This document shows, piece by piece, positions 61,931-64,000 of a DNA stretch of 64,000 bases. The notes beneath the pieces are model-generated. The model did not search any database. It was not told where the DNA came from and saw nothing but the letters and a program-made list of their open reading frames with translations. Position numbers and translations under genes: made by a program. Position 1 is the stretch's first letter. Each line of letters begins with the position of its first letter. The DNA comes from Steroidobacteraceae bacterium (lineage in GTDB: Bacteria; Pseudomonadota; Gammaproteobacteria; Steroidobacterales; Steroidobacteraceae): the NCBI GenBank assembly GCA_036271535.1, contig DATBAM010000022.1:3784-67783 (forward strand). Direction: 5' to 3'.

Positions 61931-63187
61931 ATGTTTTCCGCTGGAATGAATATTGCCGATTTCGACCCTGAGTTGCAGCGCGCCCTGGAGGGCGAGCGGC
62001 AGCGGCAGGAAGATCACATCGAACTGATCGCGTCGGAGAACTACGCCAGCCCGCGCGTGCTCGAGGCCCAGGGTACGGTTCTGACGAACAAATATGCGGA
62101 AGGCTATCCAGGCAAGCGCTACTACGGCGGTTGCGAGTTCGTCGACGTCGCCGAGCAGCTCGCGATCGACCGCGCCCGCAAGCTCTTCGGAGCCGATTAT
62201 GTGAACGTGCAGCCGCACTCGGGCTCGCAGGCCAATGCAGCCGTCTACTTCGCACTGCTGGCACCGGGCGACACGATCCTGGGTATGAGCCTGGATCACG
62301 GCGGCCACCTGACGCACGGCGCCAAGGTCAATTTTTCCGGCAAGCTGTTCCGCTCGGTGCAGTACGGCGTACATCCCGAAACCGGACTGATGAACTACGA
62401 GCAGATCGAGCAACTGGCGCAGGAACACCGGCCGAAAATGCTGGTGGCGGGTTTCTCGGCCTATTCGCGCGTGATCGACTGGGCGCGCCTGCGCCGGATC
62501 GCCGATTCGGTCGGCGCCCTGCTGTTCGTCGACATGGCGCACGTCGCAGGCCTGGTCGCCGCGGGCGAGTACCCGACGCCGTTGCCGCATGCCGACGTCG
62601 TCACCACCACGACGCACAAGACACTGCGCGGGCCGCGCGGTGGACTGATCCTGGCGCGCGCGAACGAGACCATCACCAAGAAGCTCAACTCGATGGTGTT
62701 TCCCGGAACGCAGGGCGGGCCGCTGATGCACGTGATCGCCGCCAAGGCGGTGGCCCTGCTCGAGGCCCTGCAGCCGCAGTTCAAGGAATATCAGCACCAG
62801 GTCGTGGTCAACGCCCGGGCGATGGCCGCGGCGCTGGTCGAGCGCGGGTTCAACATCGTTTCCGGCGGCACCGACAATCATCTGTTCCTGCTCAGTCTCG
62901 TCGGCCGCGACATCACCGGCAAGGAGGCCGACGCGGCGCTCGGTCAGGCGCATATCACGGTCAACAAGAACGCCGTGCCGAACGATCCGCGGCCGCCGAC
63001 CATCACCAGCGGTCTGCGACTCGGTACGCCTGCCGGTACGACGCGCGGCTTTTGCGAGGCCGAGTTCAAACAGATTGCCGGCTGGATCGCCGACATCATC
63101 GACGCCTCGGGATCGCAGGCCGCGATCGAGCGCACGCGCGGGCAGGTAGCCGAGCTGTGCAAGCGTTTCCCGGTGTATCGGCGATAG
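61931..63187 (+). CDS. glyA: Serine hydroxymethyltransferase
   Basis: ...[18 protein letters not shown]... and [17 protein letters not shown] site. Trimmed to the ATG at 61931. Confidence 0.96.
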   Translation: MFSAGMNIADFDPELQRALEGERQRQEDHIELIASENYASPRVLEAQGTVLTNKYAEGYPGKRYYGGCEFVDVAEQLAIDRARKLFGADYVNVQPHSGSQANAAVYFALLAPGDTILGMSLDHGGHLTHGAKVNFSGKLFRSVQYGVHPETGLMNYEQIEQLAQEHRPKMLVAGFSAYSRVIDWARLRRIADSVGALLFVDMAHVAGLVAAGEYPTPLPHADVVTTTTHKTLRGPRGGLILARANETITKKLNSMVFPGTQGGPLMHVIAAKAVALLEALQPQFKEYQHQVVVNARAMAAALVERGFNIVSGGTDNHLFLLSLVGRDITGKEADAALGQAHITVNKNAVPNDPRPPTITSGLRLGTPAGTTRGFCEAEFKQIAGWIADIIDASGSQAAIERTRGQVAELCKRFPVYRR

Positions 63188-63210
63188 CAGATTCCTAGGG
63201 GACACACGCG

Positions 63211-64000
<790 letters not shown>

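Overview
This is a high-GC gammaproteobacterial chromosome segment. An order-level guess of Xanthomonadales/Nevskiales-like is inference only. It is densely coding and mostly housekeeping. I call 62 CDS (2 running off the window edges), 2 tRNAs, 1 hairpin terminator and 2 tentative regulatory sites.

Gene order follows classic gammaproteobacterial blocks:
- xerD-dsbC
- tRNA-Leu then queA-tgt-yajC-secD-secF
- suhB | trmJ-iscS-iscU-like-iscA-ndk-rlmN-pilW-rodZ-hisS-yfgM-bamB-der
- xseA | guaB-guaA
- tadA | mltF
- DUF1820-purL | ettA
- glyA-nrdR-ribD

The left edge carries a probable thiamine-salvage module: TonB receptor, YkoF-like protein, PnuC-family transporter and a ThiK-like kinase. A roughly 10 kb, visibly less GC-rich accessory segment (38.4-48.6 kb) sits between guaA and tadA. 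It encodes a secreted glycoside-hydrolase-like protein, a TetR regulator, a TauD-family dioxygenase, a truncated-looking methyltransferase, a BON protein, a di-heme peroxidase-like protein, SDR-DUF1214-like-SDR, and a ROK kinase.

I found no CRISPR array and no transposase or phage genes; xerD looks housekeeping. I also found no recognisable defence, toxin-antitoxin or secretion-system cluster, and I cannot support the presence of a clearly novel multi-gene system.

The items most worth a second look:
- an IscU-like protein that lacks most cluster ligands, inside a stripped-down isc locus
- an orphan TagH-like FHA protein beside a GAF-GAF-PAS-GGDEF-EAL protein with a diverged EAL site
- a tRNA-Leu(CAA) that ends 8 nt before the queA start codon
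- the accessory segment itself

Many long ORFs in the track are antisense artefacts of high GC and are rejected.
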